NCBI GenBank assembly: GCA_000965745.1
Contig: CP009479.1
Span: forward strand, 992,001 to 1,056,000
DNA length: 64,000 nucleotides
DNA from: an uncultured archaeon
GTDB lineage: Archaea > Thermoplasmatota > Thermoplasmata > Thermoplasmatales > Thermoplasmataceae
Direction: 5' to 3'
In this document: piece by piece, positions 1 to 9,194 of the stretch
Position numbering within the stretch: position 1 is the stretch's first letter
Layout: every line of letters begins with the position of its first letter
The notes under the pieces: model-generated
Seen by the model: the letters and a program-made list of their open reading frames with translations, nothing else
What the model was told of the DNA's origin: nothing
The model's database searches: none
Program-made: the position numbers and the translations under genes

Positions 1-616
1 CTATGTTTTCGATCTCACCAACAGAAAACTGAGGTTCGCTCGGATCATCGTGTGGCGAAGTCCCACCTCCTGATACGTGTATCTTTATGACATCTGCACC
101 TTGCTTTATTTGTTCTCTGACAGCCTTTCTGACCTCTACTTCACCATCACTAACTCTACCGTTTGAAAACGGTGTGTCTGCATGCCCTCCTGTTTCTGTA
201 ATAGGTCTGCCGGCAGCTATAACTCTTGGACCCTTTACAATATCATCGAGAATTGCCTCCTTCAGGGCTACTATCTGGTAACCGTTTGAACCTAGATCCC
301 GCAACGTTGTGAAGCCTGCCATTAGGCTCTTATACGCATACTTGTAAGCCCTTATTGCACCATATTCTGTCTTTTCGACCAAAGACCTTGCAAGATTTGC
401 TCCTGCAGTTGCAGATAGGTGAACGTGAAGGTCAATAAGACCTGGCATAACAAAGAACCCTCTTGCATCGATAACCTTGTCGACTGAAGGATCCTCTTCA
501 AAATTATCCATCAATTTTATTATTGACCCATTCTCAACCAGTATGGATCTGCTGTCAGCAATTCCCTCTTCTTCGACTCCAGTAAAAACTGAATCCGTCC
601 TAATTAATACTCTCAT
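1..616 (-). CDS. Metal-dependent amidohydrolase (Xaa-Pro dipeptidase-like subgroup), truncated by window edge
   Basis: Manual translation from ATG at 616: MRVLIRTDSVF...VMPGLIDLHVHL...AGFTTLRDLG...GPRVIAAG..ITETGGHAD...GADVIKIHVSGG; DxHxH motif and carbamylated-Lys region; absent from ORF track because it has no stop in the window. Confidence 0.88.
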   Translation of the reverse strand, partial: MRVLIRTDSVFTGVEEEGIADSRSILVENGSIIKLMDNFEEDPSVDKVIDARGFFVMPGLIDLHVHLSATAGANLARSLVEKTEYGAIRAYKYAYKSLMAGFTTLRDLGSNGYQIVALKEAILDDIVKGPRVIAAGRPITETGGHADTPFSNGRVSDGEVEVRKAVREQIKQGADVIKIHVSGGGTSPHDDPSEPQFSVGEIENI

Positions 617-727
617 GTTCTATCCAATCTAGCAATATTCATGAAAATTATAATACCTCCTGTAGCAGAATTATTGGTGAATCCCTGAATGCAACAATTT
701 TAATGCAACTTCCATCTTTTTGCCTAT

Positions 728-1798
728 ATGGTGTCCACCCCTGACCTTTCGAAACTGTGCCTGTTTTCAGACTGGGAAAGTGCCGCAAGTAAAGCACTCA
801 GCAAGGAAAACTTTGATTATGTCCAGGAGGCTGCCGGTGATGAATTGACATCCAAGGATAACCGAAGCGATCTTGATAGATGCAAGATAATACCAAGAAT
901 ATTGAGGGGGATAGCAGGTGTAGACACCTCAACATCTGTTCTCGGCATGAATCTTCCATCCCCGATAATGCTCGCACCCGTCGGGGGCCAAGAATTGTTC
1001 GATGCTGGTGGAGAGCTTTCAGTTGCAAAAGCCTCTTCCAGGCTGGGTATTCCAATGGTCGTTAGCACGGTTTCATCCTACTCGCTCGAATCAATTTCCT
1101 CACAATTGGGAAATACTGACGGGATTTTCCAACTCTATATGTTCAACGATGACGAATTTAATAGATCACTGGTTGAAAGAGCAGAAAATTCAGGATATAA
1201 GTCAATAATCTTTACTGTGGACGGTCCTACCATAGGGAGGAGGCCCAGAAGCATAAAGAACGGTTTCAGCAATGAAGGCCATACAAGCGGGAACATGTTC
1301 GGAAAAAACAATGAGAAAGCTCTGGGAAAGCAACTGAAACTGAAATGCGACATATCGTGGTCAGATGTTGACAAGCTCAGGGAATGGACCTCACTACCTG
1401 TTGTTCTGAAAGGAATTGTTAGCCCTCTGGACGCCACTGAAGCTATGGATCGGGGAGTGGACGGCATTGTGGTATCCAACCATGGGGGAAGGCAACTTGA
1501 CGGTGCCATCTCTTCCATATCAGCCCTAGGGACTATTAATCGTGCCACTAAAGGCGAAATAACAATTCTTCTGGACGGTGGAATCAGATCCGGATCTGAT
1601 ATACTGAAGGCACTCTGCCTTGGCGCTGATGCAGTTCTGATTGGGAGACTGTACGTTTATGCACTATCGGTGGCAGGATCAAAAGGAGTTGAGAAAGCCT
1701 TAGTCGACCTTCTATCCGACCTGCAGATATCAATGCTGAACTCTGGAATTTCTTCAGTAAAGGAAGCCGATCCTTCCTATATAACTGGACCAGCGTAA
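728..1798 (+). CDS. FMN-dependent alpha-hydroxy acid oxidase/dehydrogenase family
   Basis: SNHGGRQLD, DGGIRSGSDILKALCLGA, LAPVG and TVDxPxxGRR motifs. Confidence 0.93.
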   Translation: MVSTPDLSKLCLFSDWESAASKALSKENFDYVQEAAGDELTSKDNRSDLDRCKIIPRILRGIAGVDTSTSVLGMNLPSPIMLAPVGGQELFDAGGELSVAKASSRLGIPMVVSTVSSYSLESISSQLGNTDGIFQLYMFNDDEFNRSLVERAENSGYKSIIFTVDGPTIGRRPRSIKNGFSNEGHTSGNMFGKNNEKALGKQLKLKCDISWSDVDKLREWTSLPVVLKGIVSPLDATEAMDRGVDGIVVSNHGGRQLDGAISSISALGTINRATKGEITILLDGGIRSGSDILKALCLGADAVLIGRLYVYALSVAGSKGVEKALVDLLSDLQISMLNSGISSVKEADPSYITGPA

Positions 1799-1854
1799 TC
1801 ACAAAGCAGCATTTCTAGAAATACATAAGATGCCGATAAGAAGAAAAATAGAAA

Positions 1855-2907
1855 TTATCTGGACGGGGCGTCCTTCACATAACTTCTCAGTTTCCCTAGG
1901 CCCTCGACTTCACAATCAAGGAAATCTCCATCCTTGAGGAAGAACGGTTCAGGATCCGGTTTTCTGAAAGCTGCCACACCAGATATAGTTCCTGTGGATA
2001 TCATGTCTCCGGGATTCAGAGTTACCCATGAATACCTTTCCACAATCTGCTCCAGCTTGACACTGAGCTTATTTGTAGATCCCATCTGCCTTGGATCATC
2101 ATTGACTCTGAGTTCCATCGTCATGTTGTGGGGGTCTTTTACGTATCTGTAGGGAACGAGAGTGGGCCCGAGAGGTGCAAACGTGTCAAGATTCTTGCCC
2201 AGATTCAGGAGACCATTCTTCATCTCTTCCTTCTGGAGGTCCCTGGCGGTAACATCGTTGAATACAGTGAAACCGAAAATGCCCTCTTTCGCCTCATCAA
2301 GGCGGGCATTCTTCAGCTTCTTGCCAATGATTATGGCGACTTCAAGCTCGTGGTCGAGCTTCTTTGTGAAGGAGGGCTTTTCAATAACCTTGTCGTGCCC
2401 AATTACGGAATCAGGATTCTTGAGAAAAGATATCCACTCAGGTATGGGGAATGGCCAGTCAGCAGCAGTCCCTTCCTTTGCGTGTTCTCTGAAGTTCCCC
2501 GCTGTGTGTATGATCTTCCCGGGCCTTAGAGGGGCGTGGAGGATAACATCACTTATCTTGACAACAAAGCCCTCTTTCTCAGCGAGCTTCTCCAGATCAC
2601 TCTCACTCATCCCGGAAAAGTGTTTGAAAACCTCATCAACATGGTCCATTGCATGGGGGCCAGCCTGGATCAATTTATGCATATCAGTTGGTGCGTGGGC
2701 ATCGGAATAGCATGTTCCCTTGAGATCCTTGCCCCCTTTGTTCTCGACAAAATGCCTGCTGCCAAGATTGAGGTCAACTATGTGATCTCCAACTACGAAT
2801 CCTGTCCTGCACACTCCAAGCCTGTCTCTTGAATATGTTACAAGCCTGAGTACGCCATCATTTTTTGAGGTGTATTTTCCATATATCGTCGACGCCATGA
2901 AAATCAT
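1855..2907 (-). CDS. Fumarylacetoacetate hydrolase family protein
   Basis: LDHELEVAIIIGK, FNDVTARDLQ, GKNLDTFAPLGP, GDMISTGT. Confidence 0.92.
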   Translation of the reverse strand: MIFMASTIYGKYTSKNDGVLRLVTYSRDRLGVCRTGFVVGDHIVDLNLGSRHFVENKGGKDLKGTCYSDAHAPTDMHKLIQAGPHAMDHVDEVFKHFSGMSESDLEKLAEKEGFVVKISDVILHAPLRPGKIIHTAGNFREHAKEGTAADWPFPIPEWISFLKNPDSVIGHDKVIEKPSFTKKLDHELEVAIIIGKKLKNARLDEAKEGIFGFTVFNDVTARDLQKEEMKNGLLNLGKNLDTFAPLGPTLVPYRYVKDPHNMTMELRVNDDPRQMGSTNKLSVKLEQIVERYSWVTLNPGDMISTGTISGVAAFRKPDPEPFFLKDGDFLDCEVEGLGKLRSYVKDAPSR

Positions 2908-3085
2908 TCACATATGATTAGTCTCTACTAATAATTTGCGCGTCGTACCTAGACACACATCACTCCTGTCCCGTTATATCCTTACTTTCCAGGATTTTTA
3001 CCATGCACATGCATCTGATAAAAACAGCACGTTACAGCATATGTGAGAATGGCAAAGGTTAAAAAAGAGACAGGCGATAAGCTTC

Positions 3086-5491
3086 ATGAGGCGCAAGTAT
3101 ATGGAGGTTACAAAAGAAATAGAGGTCACCCGCAGGCCTGAAACCATGCCTAAAAAATATACAGGCAAAGGGATCAAAAGAAAGCACTCATACTCACTTA
3201 TACAGGGAAAAGGAACATTTGCAGAAGACGTTGACCCTCCGAGAGGAACGTTTTACGTGAGCTTTGTAAGATCCCCCTTTGCAAGAGCCAAGATTCTTAG
3301 TATTGATACTTCAAAAGCGCTGGAGCTGGAGGGAGTCATAGAAGTCTTCACAGGTGAGGATTTCCCGGACGTCAGCCTCGGTTACTGGATGCATCTTCCA
3401 ACGCTTATGGAACCTAGGAGAAGACCACTGGCGATCGACCATGTGATGTACAACGGTGAACCTGTTGTAGCAGTTGTTGCCGTTGATCAGTATACAGCAG
3501 AAGATGCCGCTGAACTCGTGGAAGTCAACTATGAGCCGGAAGACCCTGTTCTTGATCCATTCGAAGCCATCGCAAACCCTGGGAAGAAGATATTTGATGA
3601 CATGAAAGACAACATTCTCTATACAGACAGTTACTCATCGACTTCAGACCTGCAGGAGATAATCAACAACTGCGCCCTGGTTATTGAAGAAACGTACAAG
3701 AACGGAAGAAGCACAACAATAACGCTTGAACCCAGGGTCCAGATCGCTTCTTACGACGGGGACCGGCTGGATATCTGGAGCACTACCCAGTACCCTCACG
3801 TCCTCAGGACATACATTTCTGAAATGCTTGACATTTCCGAAGGCCGGGTAAGAGTTTACGCCCTCGACGTGGGCGGAGGATGGGGGCCAAAATCGGCTGT
3901 ATTCAGTGATGACGCTACTGTTTATGCTATAGCTGTAAAGATGAAGGCTACAGTGAAATGGGTTGAAACCAGGACCGAAGACCTTCTTACAACTGGCCAC
4001 GAGAGGGACCAGATTCACAAGATAAGGGCAGGGTACAACAAGAATGGCAGACTCGTGGCTTTCTATGACGAGATGGTTGCAGACGTCGGAGCCGGTACCA
4101 CGTTCTGGGCAGAGGTCCAGCCGGCTATGGTTGCTTCAGTAACTGTTCCCGGACCTTACAAGTTTGCAAACTATGGCTTCGATCTTAAGGCTGTTACAAC
4201 CAACAAGGCCCCATGGTCTCCGAACGTAGGATTTGGGCGGCCTATAGCAGCTCTGGTTATGGAAAGGACAATGGACATGGCGGCCAGAAAGCTGAACATG
4301 GATCCAGCCCAAATAAGAAAAATAAACCTGGTCCATAAGGACGAATACCCATACAAGAGCCCCTCAAGAGTTGTTTATGACAGCGGAGATTACGAAGGGG
4401 GTCTTGAGAAGCTCAAAGAGATAATGCACTATGACGATCTAATCAAGCTCAGGAATCAGAAGAGAAAAGAGGGAAAATATCTCGGAATCGGGCTGGGCGT
4501 TTACTCTGAATATACTGCTCCCTCATCGTTCAGGCTACAGAAAATCCTTGGATGGGAAGTAGGCGGATATGAAAAAGCAGTGATCAAGGTCTCCCCCAGC
4601 GGCAAGGTTACGGTAAACCTTGGTGTGATGGACAGCGGGCAGGGCCATGATACTGTATATGCACAAGTGGCTGCGGATGGCCTTGGTGTTGACATAGATG
4701 ATGTATTTGTCTACGAAGGCGACACGGAGCGAGACCCGTACGGATTCGGCTCCTGGGCCAGCAGATCAACGGTTACAGCAGGAAATGCTGTCCTCCTCGC
4801 AGCAGAGAAGGTCAGGAAGAAGGTGCTCAGAATAGCAGCTCACAGCATGGGTACGGATGTTGAACATCTTGAAATCTCAGGAGGGGTGATAAGAAGCAGG
4901 AAATCCTCAAAAACGATGACCCTTGAGGAGGTCGCAAAGATTGCATACAGGAGATCTGTGGAACTCCCTGAAGGTGAAGAGCCCGAGATCGAGGAACATG
5001 CAATATTTGAATCACCCAATGAAAACACCGTAGTGAGTTACGCCTGGCATGGGGTACTGGCTGAAGTCGATCCTGAAGTAGGAGAGATAAGACTTCTGAA
5101 ATATTACGTGGTTGACGATGCAGGTGTGATCATCAACCCACTGAGTGCAGAGGGCCAGGTTCATGGCTCCACCATAGCTCACGGGATGCAGCAGACCTTC
5201 CATGAGCTGAAGTACAACGAAGAGGGAGTGCTTATGACATCCAACTTCTGGGATTACATCCCGATTTCAACGCTGGATGTCCCTGAGGTATTTGAGATCG
5301 CAAACCTCGAAAGCCCTTCAACCACTCCGGGAGGCTATAAGGGGATGGGAGAAGGTGGTGCTATAGGAGCACCTCCTGCTATCTCAAACGCAATATCGGA
5401 CGCACTCTCGCCCCTTGGAATAGAGATAAAGAAAATCCCGATTTCCTGGGAAGATGTTTGGGATCTGGTTCAGGAGAAGAGGAACCAGTAA
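3086..5491 (+). CDS. Xanthine oxidase-family molybdopterin-binding large subunit (CutA/CoxL-like; start may be 3101 or 3146)
   Basis: RSPFARAKI, TTQYPH, GGGWGPK, GQGHDT, SRS, INP..EGQVHG, KGMGEGG (catalytic Glu). Confidence 0.93.
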   Translation: MRRKYMEVTKEIEVTRRPETMPKKYTGKGIKRKHSYSLIQGKGTFAEDVDPPRGTFYVSFVRSPFARAKILSIDTSKALELEGVIEVFTGEDFPDVSLGYWMHLPTLMEPRRRPLAIDHVMYNGEPVVAVVAVDQYTAEDAAELVEVNYEPEDPVLDPFEAIANPGKKIFDDMKDNILYTDSYSSTSDLQEIINNCALVIEETYKNGRSTTITLEPRVQIASYDGDRLDIWSTTQYPHVLRTYISEMLDISEGRVRVYALDVGGGWGPKSAVFSDDATVYAIAVKMKATVKWVETRTEDLLTTGHERDQIHKIRAGYNKNGRLVAFYDEMVADVGAGTTFWAEVQPAMVASVTVPGPYKFANYGFDLKAVTTNKAPWSPNVGFGRPIAALVMERTMDMAARKLNMDPAQIRKINLVHKDEYPYKSPSRVVYDSGDYEGGLEKLKEIMHYDDLIKLRNQKRKEGKYLGIGLGVYSEYTAPSSFRLQKILGWEVGGYEKAVIKVSPSGKVTVNLGVMDSGQGHDTVYAQVAADGLGVDIDDVFVYEGDTERDPYGFGSWASRSTVTAGNAVLLAAEKVRKKVLRIAAHSMGTDVEHLEISGGVIRSRKSSKTMTLEEVAKIAYRRSVELPEGEEPEIEEHAIFESPNENTVVSYAWHGVLAEVDPEVGEIRLLKYYVVDDAGVIINPLSAEGQVHGSTIAHGMQQTFHELKYNEEGVLMTSNFWDYIPISTLDVPEVFEIANLESPSTTPGGYKGMGEGGAIGAPPAISNAISDALSPLGIEIKKIPISWEDVWDLVQEKRNQ

Positions 5492-5716
5492 ATTTACACT
5501 TTTACCACTATTTTCAATTTTTTTTTGCACCGTTTTCCTCGGGGATTTCAGTTCCTCATTTTCGACAGATATGCTCTCTAATTCAGGGGGCAGGTCCTAA
5601 ACAAACGGATTCTCTTATTTTGTCCAAATATGTCCTGATATATTTATTTAAAATTATTGACCAATTCAAAATCCGCAGGTACAAAGGATTTTATACACAT
5701 CGAACGTTAACGTTAC

Positions 5717-7156
5717 ATGGTAACGTCTGACTCTCCAGAGCGTCTAAAGAAAACAAACGTGGGGACTTTCGGCCTGTTCTTTCAGGGGTTAGGGCAGGAA
5801 GCGCCAATAGCTATTTTCATTGGATCAGTGACTGGGGCTGCAGCTTTCGCACTGGGCGCAACACCTCTCGCATTCATAATCGGGATGCTGGCATCGCTGC
5901 TCTCTGGGAACAGTATCTATCAGTTCTCAAAGAAGGTCGCGCATGCGGGAGGGTACTCAGCATACGTAAACAAAGGACTTGGTAAAGCATTAGCGGCTTT
6001 CACCGGCTATCTGTATGTGCTTTACGAACTCGTGGGACCAGCTTTCATTGTATTGATCTACCTGTGGACTTTCAGCGGCTCAATTAATGCGGTTTTTGGA
6101 ACAGCACTTCCTAATTCTGTAGGGATCATTTATGTGGCTGTCGCCTTAGTTGCAGCTTTTGTAGTAGTTTTCAGAGGTCTAAGGCTGTCGGTTCTTGCAT
6201 TGACCATACTTGGAATAATACAGTTTGCAATTGTGTTTGTAATATCATCCATATTGCTGGTGAAATCCCCTGTCATCACCACCCAGCCTTTCAGCCCCGC
6301 AGTGGCGTTTGGCGGATGGCATGGCCTCTTCCTGGGATTCATAACAGGAAGTTATGGGGCATATGCAGGCTATGGCAGTGTGGTCCCACTTGGGGAGGAA
6401 GTCAAGTCCCCACACAAGTCGATAGGAAGAGCAGTTGTGCTTATTATTGTGATAATGGGTATAACATACATATTCAGCTCATTCGCCATGGTAAGCTCAT
6501 GGGGAATTTCTGCCATGTCAGGCTTTTCCAATTCCGGATTCCCGGGAGCAATACTGGCAGGAAAATACATCGGACTGTCCTCCGAGGCCGTGGTCATTTT
6601 GGTTTACAATGCCGTCATATTCACGCCGCTGGTTACAATGCTGACAGCCTGTTCAAGAATGATGTATTCCCTCAGCAGGCAGGATCTTTTGCCTAAGAGG
6701 CTTTCAAGGGTGCACAGAAAATTCGGGACACCAAGTAACGCAGTGCTGCTATCAACCCTGCTCATCACCCTTATAATAATAGTGGATGGTGCAATTTTCT
6801 GGTCCTCTTTCGGTTTCCAGTTGGGTGTGTTCTTTGCGTGGATAATTCTGGAGATCATATGGTCCCTCTCAACATTGGTAATACATGTTCTGGTCAACAC
6901 ATCGCTTTCCGTGGAGGCTGCAAGGGGCTTCAGGGCAAGGGAAATTTTCACGCATTTCGTGTTTCCCACAGCTGCATCGCTCATAATAGTGCTGGCAATC
7001 TCATTCTCTTTCCAGGGAATGTCAATGCCCATAACACTTGCGCCGATCACCCTTGTCGTATACATGCTGACAACACTCGGTGTAATGTGGCTACAGAAGG
7101 CGAAGGTCAGAGTACTGAAGTTTGAGGATGCAGTTGACCTTACTGAGGCATCATAA
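5717..7156 (+). CDS. APC-superfamily amino acid permease
   Basis: About 12 TM helices; HAGGYSAYV, GEEVKSPHKSIGRA, SRMMYSLSRQDLLP..HRKFGTP. Confidence 0.9.
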   Translation: MVTSDSPERLKKTNVGTFGLFFQGLGQEAPIAIFIGSVTGAAAFALGATPLAFIIGMLASLLSGNSIYQFSKKVAHAGGYSAYVNKGLGKALAAFTGYLYVLYELVGPAFIVLIYLWTFSGSINAVFGTALPNSVGIIYVAVALVAAFVVVFRGLRLSVLALTILGIIQFAIVFVISSILLVKSPVITTQPFSPAVAFGGWHGLFLGFITGSYGAYAGYGSVVPLGEEVKSPHKSIGRAVVLIIVIMGITYIFSSFAMVSSWGISAMSGFSNSGFPGAILAGKYIGLSSEAVVILVYNAVIFTPLVTMLTACSRMMYSLSRQDLLPKRLSRVHRKFGTPSNAVLLSTLLITLIIIVDGAIFWSSFGFQLGVFFAWIILEIIWSLSTLVIHVLVNTSLSVEAARGFRAREIFTHFVFPTAASLIIVLAISFSFQGMSMPITLAPITLVVYMLTTLGVMWLQKAKVRVLKFEDAVDLTEAS

Positions 7157-7180
7157 AATTTTTAAATTGTTTCAGGGGAC

Positions 7181-8413
7181 CTAAACAAGCCCCTTTATTT
7201 TTTCAGACAGTTCATCAACGGAATTCATCAGAGTAACCTGTTCTGCGGACGTAAATCTCGGGACATAGTCCTTGAACCCGTTTCCTGTTATCATGGCCGA
7301 AACAGTTTCATCTCCTCTGATTCTCCCGTCTGATATGGCCCTTTTCACTGCTGCAAGTGCTGTGGCTGACGACATCTCGGAAAATATACCTTCTCTTTTC
7401 GCTATTTCCTTCTGTGCATCCATGATCTCAGCATCGGTCACAGTGATCCCGAATCCTCCGGATCCTTTTACGGCCATTAGGGGATGATTTGCGCCGAAGT
7501 TAACTCTGAGTGCTCCTGCGATTGTATCAGCAGTCTCTGTGTCTTCAACCGAATCGAGTTTTCTGTCGATTGCCTGCACAAGTGGGTTGGCTCCTGCTCC
7601 CTGGACGGGGACCATCTTAGGTATGCTGTCCACAAGCCCGAGCTCCTTAAGCTCGGAAAATCCCTTGAAAATGGCGTAGAGGAGATCTCCACCGGCAGTG
7701 GGGACTATAATGTAGTCAGGGGTATGGGTTGCAGCAATTTCATAGGCGACAGTCTTGAGCGCGTCGAGTGCAAGTGGGTTGAAGGGAGCCCAAACAAACC
7801 CGTTGTGCCAGGTGGGAAGTGCTTCCTGAACCTTCTGGAGTGCCTTAAACAGGCTATCCTTCGTGGAGAAAAGATTTCTCACCCTGATGATGGTGGGATC
7901 GTACATTGAAATCTGGCCAAGTTTTGATATTGTAGAGTCTTCCCTTACGAGGAGAAGTGATTTTATTCCCCCTCTTGCAGCATACGTAGAAATGGCGGCT
8001 GCAGCATTTCCGGAGGAAGCCGTAAAAATGCCTTCCTTATGCCATTCCTTCACGAGAGAAACCTCCATGGAACCGACCCTGTCCTTGAACGACCCGCTTG
8101 GGTTCTGACCTTCCAGTTTGCACCAGAGATTTGATGCACCTATCTCTTTCCCATAGGATTTCGCCTCTACATACGGTGTCCATCCTTCGTTAAGTGAAGT
8201 AATATTTTCTGGAGATACGGGCGGGAACAGGTCTTTAAAGTGCCAGATCGATCTTCCTCTGTTTTTCAGGTCGATCTCAACATCATCGAGGTTGTACCTT
8301 CCTGTCAAAATTCCGCCGCATGACTCGCATACAGACAAAGTTGTTGAATCATATGCCTTCCCGCACTCAAGGCAAACCAAGCCTTCGTATGAATTCCCGC
8401 TCATGCCCTGCAT
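7181..8413 (-). CDS. Threonine synthase-like PLP fold-type II enzyme with N-terminal CxxC..CxxC (start 8404 possible)
   Basis: KLEGQNPSGSFKDR, ASSGNAA, VPTAGG, EGIFSE, ITGNGFKD. Confidence 0.85.
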   Translation of the reverse strand: MQGMSGNSYEGLVCLECGKAYDSTTLSVCESCGGILTGRYNLDDVEIDLKNRGRSIWHFKDLFPPVSPENITSLNEGWTPYVEAKSYGKEIGASNLWCKLEGQNPSGSFKDRVGSMEVSLVKEWHKEGIFTASSGNAAAAISTYAARGGIKSLLLVREDSTISKLGQISMYDPTIIRVRNLFSTKDSLFKALQKVQEALPTWHNGFVWAPFNPLALDALKTVAYEIAATHTPDYIIVPTAGGDLLYAIFKGFSELKELGLVDSIPKMVPVQGAGANPLVQAIDRKLDSVEDTETADTIAGALRVNFGANHPLMAVKGSGGFGITVTDAEIMDAQKEIAKREGIFSEMSSATALAAVKRAISDGRIRGDETVSAMITGNGFKDYVPRFTSAEQVTLMNSVDELSEKIKGLV

Positions 8414-8477
8414 ATCGGCATATGAGCTAATTAACGTTTCTTTCTGGAGCTCAGACCAGGCTTAAGATATTGCATTA

Positions 8478-9131
8478 TCATGGTTCTGCAGCCACGACTC
8501 TTGCCATAGCACCGCTTCCGCTCCTCACCTTTAGCGGAAGGGCTGCAATAAAATATTCCTTGCCCGTTTCAAGTTTGTCCAGATTGGCCAGGTCCTCAAT
8601 CAGGAATCTCTGCCTTGCAAGAAGTGCCCTGTGGACCTTGAAATCTGAATTCTTGAACGGCTCAATTCCCAGGGTATCTATTCCGATTACATCTATCCTG
8701 TGCTCATTGAGGAAAGGTACGGTGTCCATCGCAAGTCCGGGGAAATGTTTCTGAAACTCGTCCGAAAAATCCCTCTTCCTGTCCCAACCTGTGTTTATAA
8801 GAATTATCCTGCCGTCGTATTCAGGTTTCCAGGCTCCCTCCAGGTCCTCCATGAAAATCTCGTCATCGTGATGGGAGGGTCTAATTACATAACCACTACC
8901 CATTATGGATGAAAGGGGCGCCTTATCTATCGTTGCGCCATCCTGATGGAAATGAAAAGGTGCATCGATATGGGTCCCGCAATGAGTGGATGAGGAATAT
9001 GATTCCATGCCAAACCCGTCTTTGTCCGGAGTTGCTATTGGTGAAATATTCAGCTCTACATTGCCCGGATAAAGGGGCATTTTGTCTTCAAGTGGAACAC
9101 TTATGTCATAGTACTTGCTGAAGCCTATCAT
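8478..9131 (-). CDS. Cyclase family metal hydrolase (kynurenine formamidase KynB-like)
   Basis: HCGTHIDAPFHF (HxGTHxDxPxH), GIDT, HRALL...LIEDLANL, LPLK...GAMARVVA. Confidence 0.92.
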   Translation of the reverse strand: MIGFSKYYDISVPLEDKMPLYPGNVELNISPIATPDKDGFGMESYSSSTHCGTHIDAPFHFHQDGATIDKAPLSSIMGSGYVIRPSHHDDEIFMEDLEGAWKPEYDGRIILINTGWDRKRDFSDEFQKHFPGLAMDTVPFLNEHRIDVIGIDTLGIEPFKNSDFKVHRALLARQRFLIEDLANLDKLETGKEYFIAALPLKVRSGSGAMARVVAAEP

Positions 9132-9194
9132 GCTCCGTATAACAGGAAAATCACAATAAAACTTTCTAAGTAAATAAAGAAATGGAAGATTAAC

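Noticed and set aside
2908-3046. TCACATATG/CATATGTGA inverted pair between the FAH and Mo-enzyme genes
   Set aside because: 9-bp arms about 120 bp apart built on a self-palindromic hexamer; not distinguishable from chance
3086-5491. Aerobic CO dehydrogenase CoxL
   Set aside because: No AYxCSFR Cu-binding motif and no coxM/coxS or accessory genes
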